Shown here: positions 32,745 to 42,658 of the stretch, piece after piece
How the letters are laid out: the number at the start of each line of letters is the position of its first letter
Numbering within the stretch: position 1 is the first letter of the stretch
DNA from: an uncultured Pelagibacteraceae bacterium
GTDB taxonomy: Bacteria; Pseudomonadota; Alphaproteobacteria; Pelagibacterales; Pelagibacteraceae
Direction: 5' to 3'
DNA length: 61,085 bases
Assembly (NCBI GenBank): GCA_902609065.1
Contig: CACLQJ010000001.1
Coordinates: forward strand, 1 to 61,085
Notes under the pieces: generated by a model
Told to the model about the DNA's origin: nothing
The model's database searches: none
What the model saw: only the letters and a program-made list of their open reading frames with translations
Position numbers and translations under genes: made by a program

Positions 32745-33052
32745 TGCTAACAATTATAAAAAAAAATCTATTCAATTTGTGTGCTTCTTTAATATTTATA
32801 TATTTTTTGTTTAGTCTTTTAAGTGGAGAAAGAGGACTTATATCTTTATACGAAAAAGATAAAATTCTAAAAGAATTAAATATTGAAAATAGTGAAATTG
32901 TAAAAAAAATTGAAAACTTACAAGTAAAAAATTCGCTTTTAAAGGATAACGTAGATATTGATTTTGTAGAAATTTTGATTAGAGACAAATTTGTATTTGG
33001 CAAAGAAGGAGAGACGATCTATATAATTAATAATAATGAAAACAAAAATTAG
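32744..33052 (+). CDS. Septum formation initiator (FtsB/DivIC family)
   Basis: One TM helix, GERG, coiled coil and D.DFVE...R...F...GE motif; directly after eno. Confidence 0.8.
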   Translation: MLTIIKKNLFNLCASLIFIYFLFSLLSGERGLISLYEKDKILKELNIENSEIVKKIENLQVKNSLLKDNVDIDFVEILIRDKFVFGKEGETIYIINNNENKN

Positions 33053-33962
33053 ACATCCTGAGAAAGTAAATAAACCGATTAATCCAATCAAAAGAAAACC
33101 TGATTGGATTAGATCTAAGTTATCAAATAGTAAGGAATTTTTTTTAACAAAAACTATTGTTAACCAAAATAATTTAGTAACTGTTTGTCAGGAAGCTAAT
33201 TGTCCAAATATCACAGAATGCTGGAGTAAAAGACACGCAACTTTTATGATCATGGGTGATACATGTACAAGAGCTTGTGCGTTTTGCGATGTAAAAACAG
33301 GAAAGCCTCAAAAATTAGATCCATTAGAACCTTATAAAATTTCTAATGCTGTTAGTAAATTAGACTTAAAACATGTTGTGATAACATCAGTTGATAGAGA
33401 TGATTTAGATGATGGTGGTTCAAACCATTTTTATGAAGTAATAAATGCAACTCGAAAAAAAAATCCAAAAACATCAATAGAAGTCCTAACACCAGATTTT
33501 TTGAGAAAAGGGGATGCTTATAAAAAAATTTTAGAAGCAGACTTAGATGTATTCAATCACAATATCGAAACAGTGCCTCGTCTTTACTTAAAAGTACGAC
33601 CAGGTGCAAGATATTTTGGATCCTTAGAGCTTTTAAAAAATATAAAAAAAATTAACAAAAAAGTTTTTACTAAATCTGGTTTAATGGTCGGGCTTGGAGA
33701 AGATAAAGATGAATTAATCCAAGTAATGGATGACTTGAGATCTGCTGATGTAGATTTTATAACTATAGGCCAGTATTTACAACCTTCAATAAAGCATCAC
33801 CCGCTAAGTAGATATTATCATCCAGATGAATTTAAAGATTTGGAAAATATTGCAAAATCAAAGGGATTTTTACTTGTTTCATCATCACCACTTACAAGAT
33901 CTTCTTATCATGCAGACGAAGATTTTGTTAAACTGCAACAAAATAGATTAAAAAATAATTAA
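33036..33962 (+). CDS. lipA: Lipoyl synthase
   Basis: [15 protein letters not shown], radical-SAM CTRACAFC and RSSYHA motifs. Confidence 0.97.
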   Translation: MKTKIRHPEKVNKPINPIKRKPDWIRSKLSNSKEFFLTKTIVNQNNLVTVCQEANCPNITECWSKRHATFMIMGDTCTRACAFCDVKTGKPQKLDPLEPYKISNAVSKLDLKHVVITSVDRDDLDDGGSNHFYEVINATRKKNPKTSIEVLTPDFLRKGDAYKKILEADLDVFNHNIETVPRLYLKVRPGARYFGSLELLKNIKKINKKVFTKSGLMVGLGEDKDELIQVMDDLRSADVDFITIGQYLQPSIKHHPLSRYYHPDEFKDLENIAKSKGFLLVSSSPLTRSSYHADEDFVKLQQNRLKNN

Positions 33963-34399
33963 TGCCTAAAGCCTCTGTAACAAGGCAGATAAATGGTGAA
34001 AAACAAAAATTAATTGATTTTGTTTTAGATATTGAAAAATATCCCGAGTTCATCCCTTTTTGTATAGACTCAAAAGTTTATGAAAAAAAAGAAATGAATG
34101 AAGAAATAGCAATTATAGCAGATCTAACTATTGGCAGAAAACCTTTTGTGGATACTTATAAAAGCGATGTTCGTTATAATAAAAAAAATGACTCAATACA
34201 TGTAACTAATATTGGCGGACCTTTAAAACATCTTGAAAATAACTGGAAATTTGTACAAAAAAAAAATTATACAGAAGTCCAATTCGATGTTGACTTTGAA
34301 ATTAAAAATAAATTTTTAAATATAATTATGGAAAAATCTTTCCAATTTGGTTTAAATAAAATAGCAGATGCCTTTCAAAAAAAAGCTGAAAGTCTCTAA
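33962..34399 (+). CDS. START/SRPBCC domain protein (RatA/Coq10 family)
   Basis: V.DIEKYPEFIP.C, GP.KHL.N.WKF and AF..+A motifs; usual position after lipA. Confidence 0.85.
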   Translation: MPKASVTRQINGEKQKLIDFVLDIEKYPEFIPFCIDSKVYEKKEMNEEIAIIADLTIGRKPFVDTYKSDVRYNKKNDSIHVTNIGGPLKHLENNWKFVQKKNYTEVQFDVDFEIKNKFLNIIMEKSFQFGLNKIADAFQKKAESL

Positions 34400-34419
34400 C
34401 AAAATTTTAATAAAAAATT

Positions 34420-34890
34420 TTAAATCAGAGATTTTATAATTTCTATAGTTTTTTTAATCGTAGTCATTTGAATAGCTTTTCTAGTTCTTTGTTTAAATAT
34501 ATTTTTCGAAATCAGTAATTTATTATTCTTTTTAATACCAATATAAACTAGCCCCACAGGTTTTAACTTAGTTCCACCATTTGGACCAGCAATTCCTGTA
34601 ATTGAAACATTTATTTGAGCTTTAGAAATTTTTGCTAAATTTTTTACCATAGCCTCACAGCACTCCGGGCTAACAGCACCGTATTTTTGAATAATATTCT
34701 TATTGACCTTTAAAACATTTATTTTTGCTTGATTTGAATAGGTAACAAGACCAAGACCAAAAACTTTTGATGCCCCACTTATAGATGTAATTTTTGAAGA
34801 AAGCATACCTCCAGTGCATGATTCTGCAAAAGATATTTTTAGTTTTTTTTTATTTAATGTTTTAACAATATTTACAGCAAGTTTTTTCAT
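34420..34890 (-). CDS. CinA C-terminal domain protein (PncC-like NMN deamidase)
   Basis: AESCTGG, SGAS, TYSN.AK, GAVS and SITGIAGP.GG...KPVG.V motifs. Start placed at the ATG at 34890 overlapping the pgpA stop. Confidence 0.9.
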   Translation of the reverse strand: MKKLAVNIVKTLNKKKLKISFAESCTGGMLSSKITSISGASKVFGLGLVTYSNQAKINVLKVNKNIIQKYGAVSPECCEAMVKNLAKISKAQINVSITGIAGPNGGTKLKPVGLVYIGIKKNNKLLISKNIFKQRTRKAIQMTTIKKTIEIIKSLI

Positions 34891-35381
34891 GATAGAAATA
34901 CCATATATAATACAAGAAATGCTACCACATATAATCCTGCACAAACATCGTCCATAATAACTCCAAAACTGTTTTTAAAGTTCTTATCATAATAACTAAC
35001 GGGATATGGTTTTGTAATGTCAAAAATTCTAAATAAAATAAACATTATAAAGTAAAATGTTAAAATATCATTTGTATCTCTTGTACTTACGTGAGCGACT
35101 TCGTAAAGACTTATAGGTATTGATTGACCAATAAATTCGTCAATTACAACTTCTTTTGGATCTTTCTCAGGTAAATCTTTAATAAATATACTTACTGAAT
35201 AAAATGAAATAAAAAAAATTATTATTAAACCAATTAAAATAAAATTTGGGTCAATCTTAAATACATGAAAAAGAATAAAAAGAATAAATATAGTTACCAA
35301 AGATGCTATGCTGCCTGGGATTTTACTTATATTCCCAATACCAAATAAAGTTACAAATAAATAATTTAAATTTTTAATCAT
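34887..35381 (-). CDS. pgpA: Phosphatidylglycerophosphatase A
   Basis: PGS.AS, DP.EVVIDE..GQ, FR.FDI.KP.P and G+.MDD..AG motifs. Confidence 0.93.
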   Translation of the reverse strand: MIKNLNYLFVTLFGIGNISKIPGSIASLVTIFILFILFHVFKIDPNFILIGLIIIFFISFYSVSIFIKDLPEKDPKEVVIDEFIGQSIPISLYEVAHVSTRDTNDILTFYFIMFILFRIFDITKPYPVSYYDKNFKNSFGVIMDDVCAGLYVVAFLVLYMVFLS

Positions 35382-36489
35382 ATTTTAAAACAGACGTTAA
35401 TACCTCGCATGCAATTGCTTTTTCTTTTCCAATGACACCTAATTTTTCAGTTGTTTTTCCTTTAATGTTAATTTGGCTCTTAGATATTTTGCAAAGTTGC
35501 GAAATAGATTTAGTTAATTTAAGCCTATATAAAAAAATTTTTGGTGTTTGGGTAATTATGTTTATATCAATATTATTTATAACATAATTTTTGTTTGTAA
35601 TTTCTTTTATTACCTTTTCTAAAAGTATTGTAGATCTAATATTTTTATACTTTTTACTTTTATCAGAAAACTTTTTTCCTATATCACCTAATTTACACGC
35701 TCCAAGTATTGAATCTGTAATTGCGTGTAATACAGGATCGCCGTCTGAGTGTCCTAATGTACCTAGTTTTGATTTAATTTGAATACCACCTAAATATAAT
35801 TTTCTGTTAGGAACTAATCTATGAACATCAAAACCTAATCCATAAAAATTTTTACAATTTAAATATAAATCTGAAGAATGTGTTATTTTTTTATTCTGTT
35901 TTTCACCTCTAACAAAATTTACCTTAACTTTGTTTTTTATAAATAATGAACATTCATCTGAAATTGATTCTTTATTTAATAATGTTAATTTATATAACTT
36001 ATTAAATTTAAAACATTGTGGAGTTTGAGTTTCATATACTTTATTTCTATCTAAATTAATTAAATTATTCATATACCTCAGTTTAATTGAATTTGTTGGA
36101 CTAAGATATGGAATAACACAATTATTATTCATTAATTTTCTATATAATTTATGTAGAAATATTTCAGAGAAATTAGGTCTTGCTGCGTCATGTATAAATA
36201 CATTTTTAGGTTTATATTTTCTGATAAACTTTAAAGCCTTCATTGATGATATAAACCTTTCATTTCCACCAAAAACAACTTTCAAATTTTCATTACTTAA
36301 ATTACTGACATATTTTTTATGTTTTCTGTTAACGACTAATATTATTTTTTTAAATAGCTTAGATTTTTTTGCCTTATTTATTGAATGTTCAAACATCCTC
36401 AATCCTTTATATTTAACGAATTGTTTAGGTATATTAGAATTAAACCTTTTACTTTCGCCTGCAGCTAAAATTATAAAATAATTATTCAT
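35374..36489 (-). CDS. ispDF: Bifunctional IspD/IspF
   Basis: IspD motifs LAAGES.RF..PKQF, HDAARP and QTPQ, fused to IspF motifs G.GFDVH, GHSDGD..LHA.TD, GDIG and KTTEKLG. Confidence 0.95.
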   Translation of the reverse strand: MNNYFIILAAGESKRFNSNIPKQFVKYKGLRMFEHSINKAKKSKLFKKIILVVNRKHKKYVSNLSNENLKVVFGGNERFISSMKALKFIRKYKPKNVFIHDAARPNFSEIFLHKLYRKLMNNNCVIPYLSPTNSIKLRYMNNLINLDRNKVYETQTPQCFKFNKLYKLTLLNKESISDECSLFIKNKVKVNFVRGEKQNKKITHSSDLYLNCKNFYGLGFDVHRLVPNRKLYLGGIQIKSKLGTLGHSDGDPVLHAITDSILGACKLGDIGKKFSDKSKKYKNIRSTILLEKVIKEITNKNYVINNIDINIITQTPKIFLYRLKLTKSISQLCKISKSQINIKGKTTEKLGVIGKEKAIACEVLTSVLKYD

Positions 36490-36524
36490 TTTTTTTTTTT
36501 TTAAATTTTATATACTTGGAATTT

Positions 36525-38285
36525 ATGCAAGCATTTATAAAAAGAAACCTATTTTTGATTACTATATTTTTTGTAACATTATTACTTGGTTTTATTACAT
36601 TTTTGACGTTTATAGAAAAAAATTTCTTTAATATTAGCGATGAAAGTTTAAAATATTTATTGATAGTTGATATAGTACTTTTATTAACATTTTTCTCTAT
36701 TATTTTTTTTGAAACAAAAAATTCTTTAAAACAAAATATTAATGTTAGAGGTTCAATTGCCAATAGAAAATACATAATATTTTTTTCGTTATTTACTCTA
36801 ATACCTTCAGTATTAATTTCTGTATTTTCTTTATTTTTGTTTTCTTTTGCTTTAGAAAAATATTTTGACAATAAAATAACAACAGCCGTTAACAATTCCT
36901 ACGAGATATCAAAAAGATATGTAGATGAAAAAAGAAATGAAATTGAATCTGACGTTATCATAGTTGCATATGACATAAATAGAAATCTAAATTACATTAA
37001 AAGTAAAAAAAACTTTCAAACATTTATAAACAATCAAAGACTAATTCGAGGACTAGATCAAATTCATATCATCGATAAAGATAAAAATGTTTTATTATCA
37101 TCATCTGATACAGGGTATACTCCAGTTGAAGATGAGGCACTCAGATTAGTTTTAAATGAAGATAGACCTTTAAAAATTATTAATGCGTTTGACAATAAGT
37201 CTGCTGCTATAGTTAAACTTCCAAAATATTATAATAATTTTTTATACGTAGTAAAATTTCTTGATGAGGATATATCTAAATATTTACGCGAGTCAGAGGA
37301 GGCTGTTAATTTTTATTACACAGTGGAAGATCAAAATACTGGTATAAAATTTTCTTTTGTTTTAATTTATATCATAATTGTCGCATTACTTTTATTTTTG
37401 TCCATAACAATCGCGATTAGATTTTCTTCAAGATTCTTTATTTCAATAAATAATTTAATAACTGCATCAAATGAAATTGGGCAAGGAAATCTAGATATAA
37501 AAGTTCCTGAAATGAAAGCAGATAAAGAGATAGAAAGGTTAAATAATAATTTTAATGAAATGATTAATAAATTAAAAAACCAACAAGAAAAACTATTAAA
37601 TTCAGAAAGGCATGAAGCTTGGAGTACAGTAGCTAGAAAATTAGCCCATGAAATTAAAAACCCATTGACACCAATTCAACTAACAATTGATAATTTAAGA
37701 TCTAAATACTTACAAAACTTTTCTGAAAACGATAAAGAAAAGTTTAAAACCAATTTAAATATAATCTTAAATCAAATCAAACAAATTGAAAATCTTGTTA
37801 ATGAGTTTTCAGATTTTGCAAGAATGCCAAAGCCGTTATTGAAAGATAATAACTTAATATCAATTATCAAAAATAATATTAAATTATTAGAAAAGTTAAA
37901 TCCTAGTATTAAAATTATACTTAATAATAGCGAAACTGATATTATTTTTCAATGTGACTTAGAACAAATCAATCGAGCAATATTTAATTTAATTAAAAAT
38001 TCTATAGAAAGCATAAATGAAAAGCGTCTTAAAAACGTTGATTTTGAAGGAATAATAAATATAGAAATAATTAAAAGAAGAGCTTATATAGAGATAATTA
38101 TTGAGGATAATGGTTTAGGATTTGTTAAAGAAAACAACAAAGAGCTTATAAAACCGTACTATACAACAAAAAAAAATGGATCAGGATTAGGTTTATCTAT
38201 AGTTAATAAAATAATAACAGATCATAATGGATCAATAAACTTATCAAACTATAATAAAGGCGCGAGAGTAAATATTAGATTTTAA
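36525..38285 (+). CDS. ntrY: Sensor histidine kinase NtrY-like
   Basis: Several TM helices, HAMP domain, AW..VAR.LAHEIKNPLTPIQL H-box and N/G boxes; adjacent to ntrX. Start placed at the ATG at 36525. Confidence 0.9.
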   Translation: MQAFIKRNLFLITIFFVTLLLGFITFLTFIEKNFFNISDESLKYLLIVDIVLLLTFFSIIFFETKNSLKQNINVRGSIANRKYIIFFSLFTLIPSVLISVFSLFLFSFALEKYFDNKITTAVNNSYEISKRYVDEKRNEIESDVIIVAYDINRNLNYIKSKKNFQTFINNQRLIRGLDQIHIIDKDKNVLLSSSDTGYTPVEDEALRLVLNEDRPLKIINAFDNKSAAIVKLPKYYNNFLYVVKFLDEDISKYLRESEEAVNFYYTVEDQNTGIKFSFVLIYIIIVALLLFLSITIAIRFSSRFFISINNLITASNEIGQGNLDIKVPEMKADKEIERLNNNFNEMINKLKNQQEKLLNSERHEAWSTVARKLAHEIKNPLTPIQLTIDNLRSKYLQNFSENDKEKFKTNLNIILNQIKQIENLVNEFSDFARMPKPLLKDNNLISIIKNNIKLLEKLNPSIKIILNNSETDIIFQCDLEQINRAIFNLIKNSIESINEKRLKNVDFEGIINIEIIKRRAYIEIIIEDNGLGFVKENNKELIKPYYTTKKNGSGLGLSIVNKIITDHNGSINLSNYNKGARVNIRF

Positions 38286-39641
38286 ATGGATACAGAAATA
38301 TTAATAATAGATGATAACTCGGAGATAAGAACAATATTAAAGGAGATACTCTCAGATACAGGCTATAAAACAAGATTAGCAGCCAATTATAACCAAGCAT
38401 TATCAGAAATTGATAAAAAACTTCCTGATGTAGCGATTATAGATGTAAAACTAGATAAAAGCGACAATGACGGAATAGAATTATTAAATCATATTAAAAC
38501 TAAGAATAAAGACATACCAGTTATTATAATATCTGGACATGCAAATATTGAAATGGCAATTAAGTCCTTAAAGTCAGGTGCTTTTGAATTCATTCAGAAA
38601 CCATTTGATAAGAATAGACTGGTTAATTTTGTAAAAAGAGCTACAGAAAATATAAAACTTAAAAATGAGAATAAAAGTTTAAAATCAAAACTGTTTCATT
38701 CATTTGATTTAATAGGAAGAAGTCAAAATATCTCATCAATTAAAGATCAAATAAACAAATTGGCACTATCTGATAGTAGAATTTTTATAACTGGACCTAC
38801 TGGGTCGGGTAAGGAATTGATTGCTAGAAAAGTCCATAGTAAATCAAATAGATCTGATAATCCTTTTGTAATACTTAATGGTGCGTTATTGGATGTTAAA
38901 AAATACGAACAAGAACTCTTTGGAGAAGAGCTAAGCGATGGATCAATATCTTACGGAGCGTTAGAAAAAGCCTCAGGAGGTTTTCTATTAATTGACGAAG
39001 TTACAGAGATCCCATTAGAAACGCAATCTAAAATTTTAAGAGTTGTAATAGATCAAAAATTTAAAAGAATAAATGGCAATCATGATATTAAGGTAGATGT
39101 AAGAATTGTATGCTCAACTAGTAAAGATATTAAAAAGGAAATTTTGCATGGAAATTTTAGGGAAGATCTTTATCATAGGCTTAATGTCTTTAATATTAAC
39201 ATCGATCCATTGAGTAAAAGAGTTGAAGATATACCACTTCTAATTGACTATTTTATTAACGAAATATGTAAAAATTACAATAGAAAGCAATTTAGTATAG
39301 CTAATAGTAATTATTTGTTAAGTTACGATTGGCCAGGGAATGTTAGAGAGTTAAGAAATTTAATTGAAAGAATAGCTATTTTGGAAACAGGTAACGACAG
39401 TGAAAAAATTCTAGAAATTATTAAAGAATCTTTATCTAAGTCTACTGAAGAAATTTTTTCAATTACTGAAAATTTATCAGTTCCATTAAGAGAGGCCAGG
39501 GAAAATTTTGAAAAAGAATATTTAACCACTCAAATAAAAAAATTCGGTGGCAATATATCAAAAACAGCTAAATTTGTTGGCATGGAAAGATCAGCACTCC
39601 ATAGAAAATTAAAGCTATTGGGAGTTAAAGACTTAAACTAA
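38286..39641 (+). CDS. ntrX: Response regulator NtrX (receiver, AAA+, Fis HTH)
   Basis: ISGHANIE.A, GPTGSGKEL.AR, FREDLY.RL, WPGNVREL.N and GNISKTA.FVGMERSALHRKLK motifs. Confidence 0.95.
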   Translation: MDTEILIIDDNSEIRTILKEILSDTGYKTRLAANYNQALSEIDKKLPDVAIIDVKLDKSDNDGIELLNHIKTKNKDIPVIIISGHANIEMAIKSLKSGAFEFIQKPFDKNRLVNFVKRATENIKLKNENKSLKSKLFHSFDLIGRSQNISSIKDQINKLALSDSRIFITGPTGSGKELIARKVHSKSNRSDNPFVILNGALLDVKKYEQELFGEELSDGSISYGALEKASGGFLLIDEVTEIPLETQSKILRVVIDQKFKRINGNHDIKVDVRIVCSTSKDIKKEILHGNFREDLYHRLNVFNINIDPLSKRVEDIPLLIDYFINEICKNYNRKQFSIANSNYLLSYDWPGNVRELRNLIERIAILETGNDSEKILEIIKESLSKSTEEIFSITENLSVPLREARENFEKEYLTTQIKKFGGNISKTAKFVGMERSALHRKLKLLGVKDLN

Positions 39642-41015
39642 ATGAATATCATCATATGTGGTGCCGGTAGAGTTGGGTACACTATTTCAAAATTACTAAC
39701 TAAACAAAATCACTCGGTAACAGTGATAGATCAGTCAAGCGAGGACATACAAAAAATTAATGAAAACTTAGACGTTAAAGCGATAGTTGGAAAAGCTACC
39801 TCACCAGTTATCCTTGAGAAAGCCGATACCAAAGATGCCGATATGATCATAGCTGTAACAAGAAATGATGAAATTAACATGCTTATATGTCAAATAGCAT
39901 CAACATTATTTAAAGTACCAAAGAAAATAGCAAGAATTAGATCTCAAGAATATCTTAATCCAAAATTTTCATCTTTATTTAGTAAAGAAAACTTACCCAT
40001 TGATTTTATAATTTCTCCAGAACTAGAAATAGCGAAATCAATTCAAAGAAAGTTAGAAGCACCAGGTGCTTTGGACAATATTCCCTTTGCTGGAAATAAG
40101 ATTAGACTTCTTGAAATTCTTATTGAGAAAAACTGTCCATTAATTAATACAAAATTAAATGAAATCACAAAAAAATATCCAAATTTAAATGCAAATATAC
40201 TAGGAGTTGTTAGAAATCAAAAATTTTTAATTTTAAAAAAAAATGATGTAATGCAGATTAATGATAAAGCTTATGTTATAATAAACTCATCTCAATTAAG
40301 TGAAACACTCAATGCTTTTGGTCATAATGAAAAGATTTCTACAAAAATATTAATAATTGGTGGTGGTAACATTGGGTTTAATTTGGCGAAAAATCTTGAA
40401 AATTCCGTAGAGGATATAAGATTGAAAATTATAGAAAAGGACAAAGATAGAGCAGAAATAATAGCTAATGAATTAAATAACTCAATAGTTATTAATGGCA
40501 ATGGTCTTGACGAGGACATTTTAGAGGAAGCTAATTTATCTGACGTTGAGACTGTAATTGCATTAACCAATGATGATGAAGATAACCTTATGTCTAGTGT
40601 GATGGTAGAAAAATATTCTCAAAATAAAAGAACAATGGCATTAATTAATAAACCAAATTATTCTTTGCTCCAATCATCATTAAAAATCGATGATTTAATT
40701 GATCCAAGAATGGATACAGTGTCTACAATATTAAAACATGTGCATAAAGGAACTATTGAAACTGCATATACAATACTTAATGGTGAATATGAGGTAATAG
40801 AAGCAGATATAATTGAAACTTCCGAACTCATTAATAAAGATCTTAAAAACGCTAACTTACCTGATGAGATAAGAATAGGTGCAATTCTCAGAAAAGATAA
40901 AATTTTAATTCCAAGATCAAATTCAAAATTTGAAAAGGGAGATACGGTTGTTTTTTTAACTAAGAGTGATCAAATACCTTTAGTTGAAAATATGTTTAGA
41001 ATTAGTTCTATATAA
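39642..41015 (+). CDS. trkA: Trk potassium transporter regulatory subunit
   Basis: Two RCK domains with GAGRVG and GGGNIG; KIARIR motif. Confidence 0.95.
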   Translation: MNIIICGAGRVGYTISKLLTKQNHSVTVIDQSSEDIQKINENLDVKAIVGKATSPVILEKADTKDADMIIAVTRNDEINMLICQIASTLFKVPKKIARIRSQEYLNPKFSSLFSKENLPIDFIISPELEIAKSIQRKLEAPGALDNIPFAGNKIRLLEILIEKNCPLINTKLNEITKKYPNLNANILGVVRNQKFLILKKNDVMQINDKAYVIINSSQLSETLNAFGHNEKISTKILIIGGGNIGFNLAKNLENSVEDIRLKIIEKDKDRAEIIANELNNSIVINGNGLDEDILEEANLSDVETVIALTNDDEDNLMSSVMVEKYSQNKRTMALINKPNYSLLQSSLKIDDLIDPRMDTVSTILKHVHKGTIETAYTILNGEYEVIEADIIETSELINKDLKNANLPDEIRIGAILRKDKILIPRSNSKFEKGDTVVFLTKSDQIPLVENMFRISSI

Positions 41016-41019
41016 TTAA

Positions 41020-42423
41020 ATGAATAAATACAGTTTAGTTTTTGTGGCTAGTTTTTCATTTATTATATGTTTTTTTTCTTTATTAAATATCATTTATTCT
41101 TATTATTTTAATTTATACTTAAATCTTAATAGTTATTTTCCATCTTTAATAGTTTCATTATTGATAGGAATTTTCTTATTATTTGTTAAAACAACTGATA
41201 ATAAATTATCAATTTACAATAAAATAATAACCGTTATCACCGGTTATGTAATATTTCCTTTATTAATTTCATTACCTTACTATTATAGTATTTATAATAT
41301 CTCATTTATTGATGGTTACTTTGAAGCTATATCAGGATTTACTTCAACTGGATTTTCTATATTCGAAAATATTAAGCATTTAGATGAAAGTTTAATTTTA
41401 TGGAGATCTACATCACAGTGGATAGGCGGTTTATACTTTTTATTTTCAATAATAATCTTAATAGATATTTTTGATGAAAATTTGAAAAAATCATTGACAA
41501 ATTTTTTCTCATTTAATTCTTCAGAAATCCTTAAACAATCGATAAAAATATTTATAATTTATTTTTCATTAACAGTTTTAATTTATATTGTTTTAAAAAT
41601 AATCAATTTTAGAGATTTCGATGCGTTTAACTTTGCTATGACTATTATCTCGTCTGGTGGATTTAAACCAGTAAATGAAATTGATTATATTTTAAATAGT
41701 AGCTTTAAGATAGTTACATTTTCATTTCTACTTTTAATCTCTTTTTTTAGTATTTTTCTAATTTACAACTTATTATTTCTTAAAAATAGATATTTAAATT
41801 TTTTTACCGAAGATTATTATTTGTTAATTTATTTAATCGCTGTAACAATTTTAATCTTTATCTTTTTTAATAAAAATAATTTTCCTTATTTATTTTTAGG
41901 CATTACAACAAGTGTCTCTAATATTGGAATATATTTCTCAGAGTGTAAATTTAATTTATCATTTATTTTTTTAATTTTCGTGATAATTGGGGGTTCACTT
42001 TTATCAACTAGTTCCGGTGTAAGATTTTTTAAAATACTTATACTTTTTAAATTCTCCATAAACGAACTACTTTCGTATACAAAGCCTAAGCAGGTATTTT
42101 TAAATAAAGTGTTATTTAATGAGTCAAAGCTAAACTATAAAAGTATAAATAAGTATTTTCTAACAATTTTAATCTTTTTTCTCTCTCTAATTATAATTAC
42201 ATCATTGTTATCTATCTCAGGTATGTTTTTCGAGGATGCTTTTAAACTTGGAATTTTGACAATAATGAATACTGTTAACTCAAGTATATTTAATTTAAGC
42301 AACTTTGAATTTTCAGAGCAAAATAATTTTTTTAAATTAACATTAACTTTATTTATGATAATCGGTAGAGTTGAATTAATAACCTTAATAATTTTAGTAA
42401 AAAAATATCTTTTCAAAAATTAG
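41020..42423 (+). CDS. trkH: TrkH family cation transporter, divergent
   Basis: FEAISGFTSTG, LWRS.SQWIGG, SSGGF, GG...STSSG and M..GR.E motifs; follows trkA. Confidence 0.85.
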   Translation: MNKYSLVFVASFSFIICFFSLLNIIYSYYFNLYLNLNSYFPSLIVSLLIGIFLLFVKTTDNKLSIYNKIITVITGYVIFPLLISLPYYYSIYNISFIDGYFEAISGFTSTGFSIFENIKHLDESLILWRSTSQWIGGLYFLFSIIILIDIFDENLKKSLTNFFSFNSSEILKQSIKIFIIYFSLTVLIYIVLKIINFRDFDAFNFAMTIISSGGFKPVNEIDYILNSSFKIVTFSFLLLISFFSIFLIYNLLFLKNRYLNFFTEDYYLLIYLIAVTILIFIFFNKNNFPYLFLGITTSVSNIGIYFSECKFNLSFIFLIFVIIGGSLLSTSSGVRFFKILILFKFSINELLSYTKPKQVFLNKVLFNESKLNYKSINKYFLTILIFFLSLIIITSLLSISGMFFEDAFKLGILTIMNTVNSSIFNLSNFEFSEQNNFFKLTLTLFMIIGRVELITLIILVKKYLFKN

Positions 42424-42445
42424 AAACATAATATAACTCTATTAA

Positions 42446-42522
42446 GCGCCCTTAGCTCAGTTGGATAGAGCAACGGTTTTCTAAACCGTGGGTCGGAGGT
42501 TCGAATCCTTCAGGGCGCGCCA
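42446..42522 (+). tRNA. tRNA-Arg (anticodon TCT)
   Basis: Acceptor stem GCGCCCT/AGGGCGC, anticodon arm ACGGT-TTTCTAA-ACCGT, GGTTCGAATCC T-loop, encoded CCA. Confidence 0.96.
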
Positions 42523-42658
42523 TTTATGTTAAATTATCAAGATAGGTGCGAATAATTTCTTATTGATGACACCCTAAGTTTCTGCTTTACTAATTGTTAT
42601 TCAAAATTATTTTTTGAATATTTGTTAACAAATAAACGAACAAGAAGAGGAATAAATA

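Noticed and set aside
33962-34399. RatA-family gene as a toxin-antitoxin system
   Set aside because: No antitoxin is adjacent, and the lipA-linked START protein is a conserved Coq10-like housekeeping gene.
38880-38990. NtrX lacks the GAFTGA sigma-54 contact motif
   Set aside because: A degenerate GAFTGA loop is an established property of NtrX proteins.
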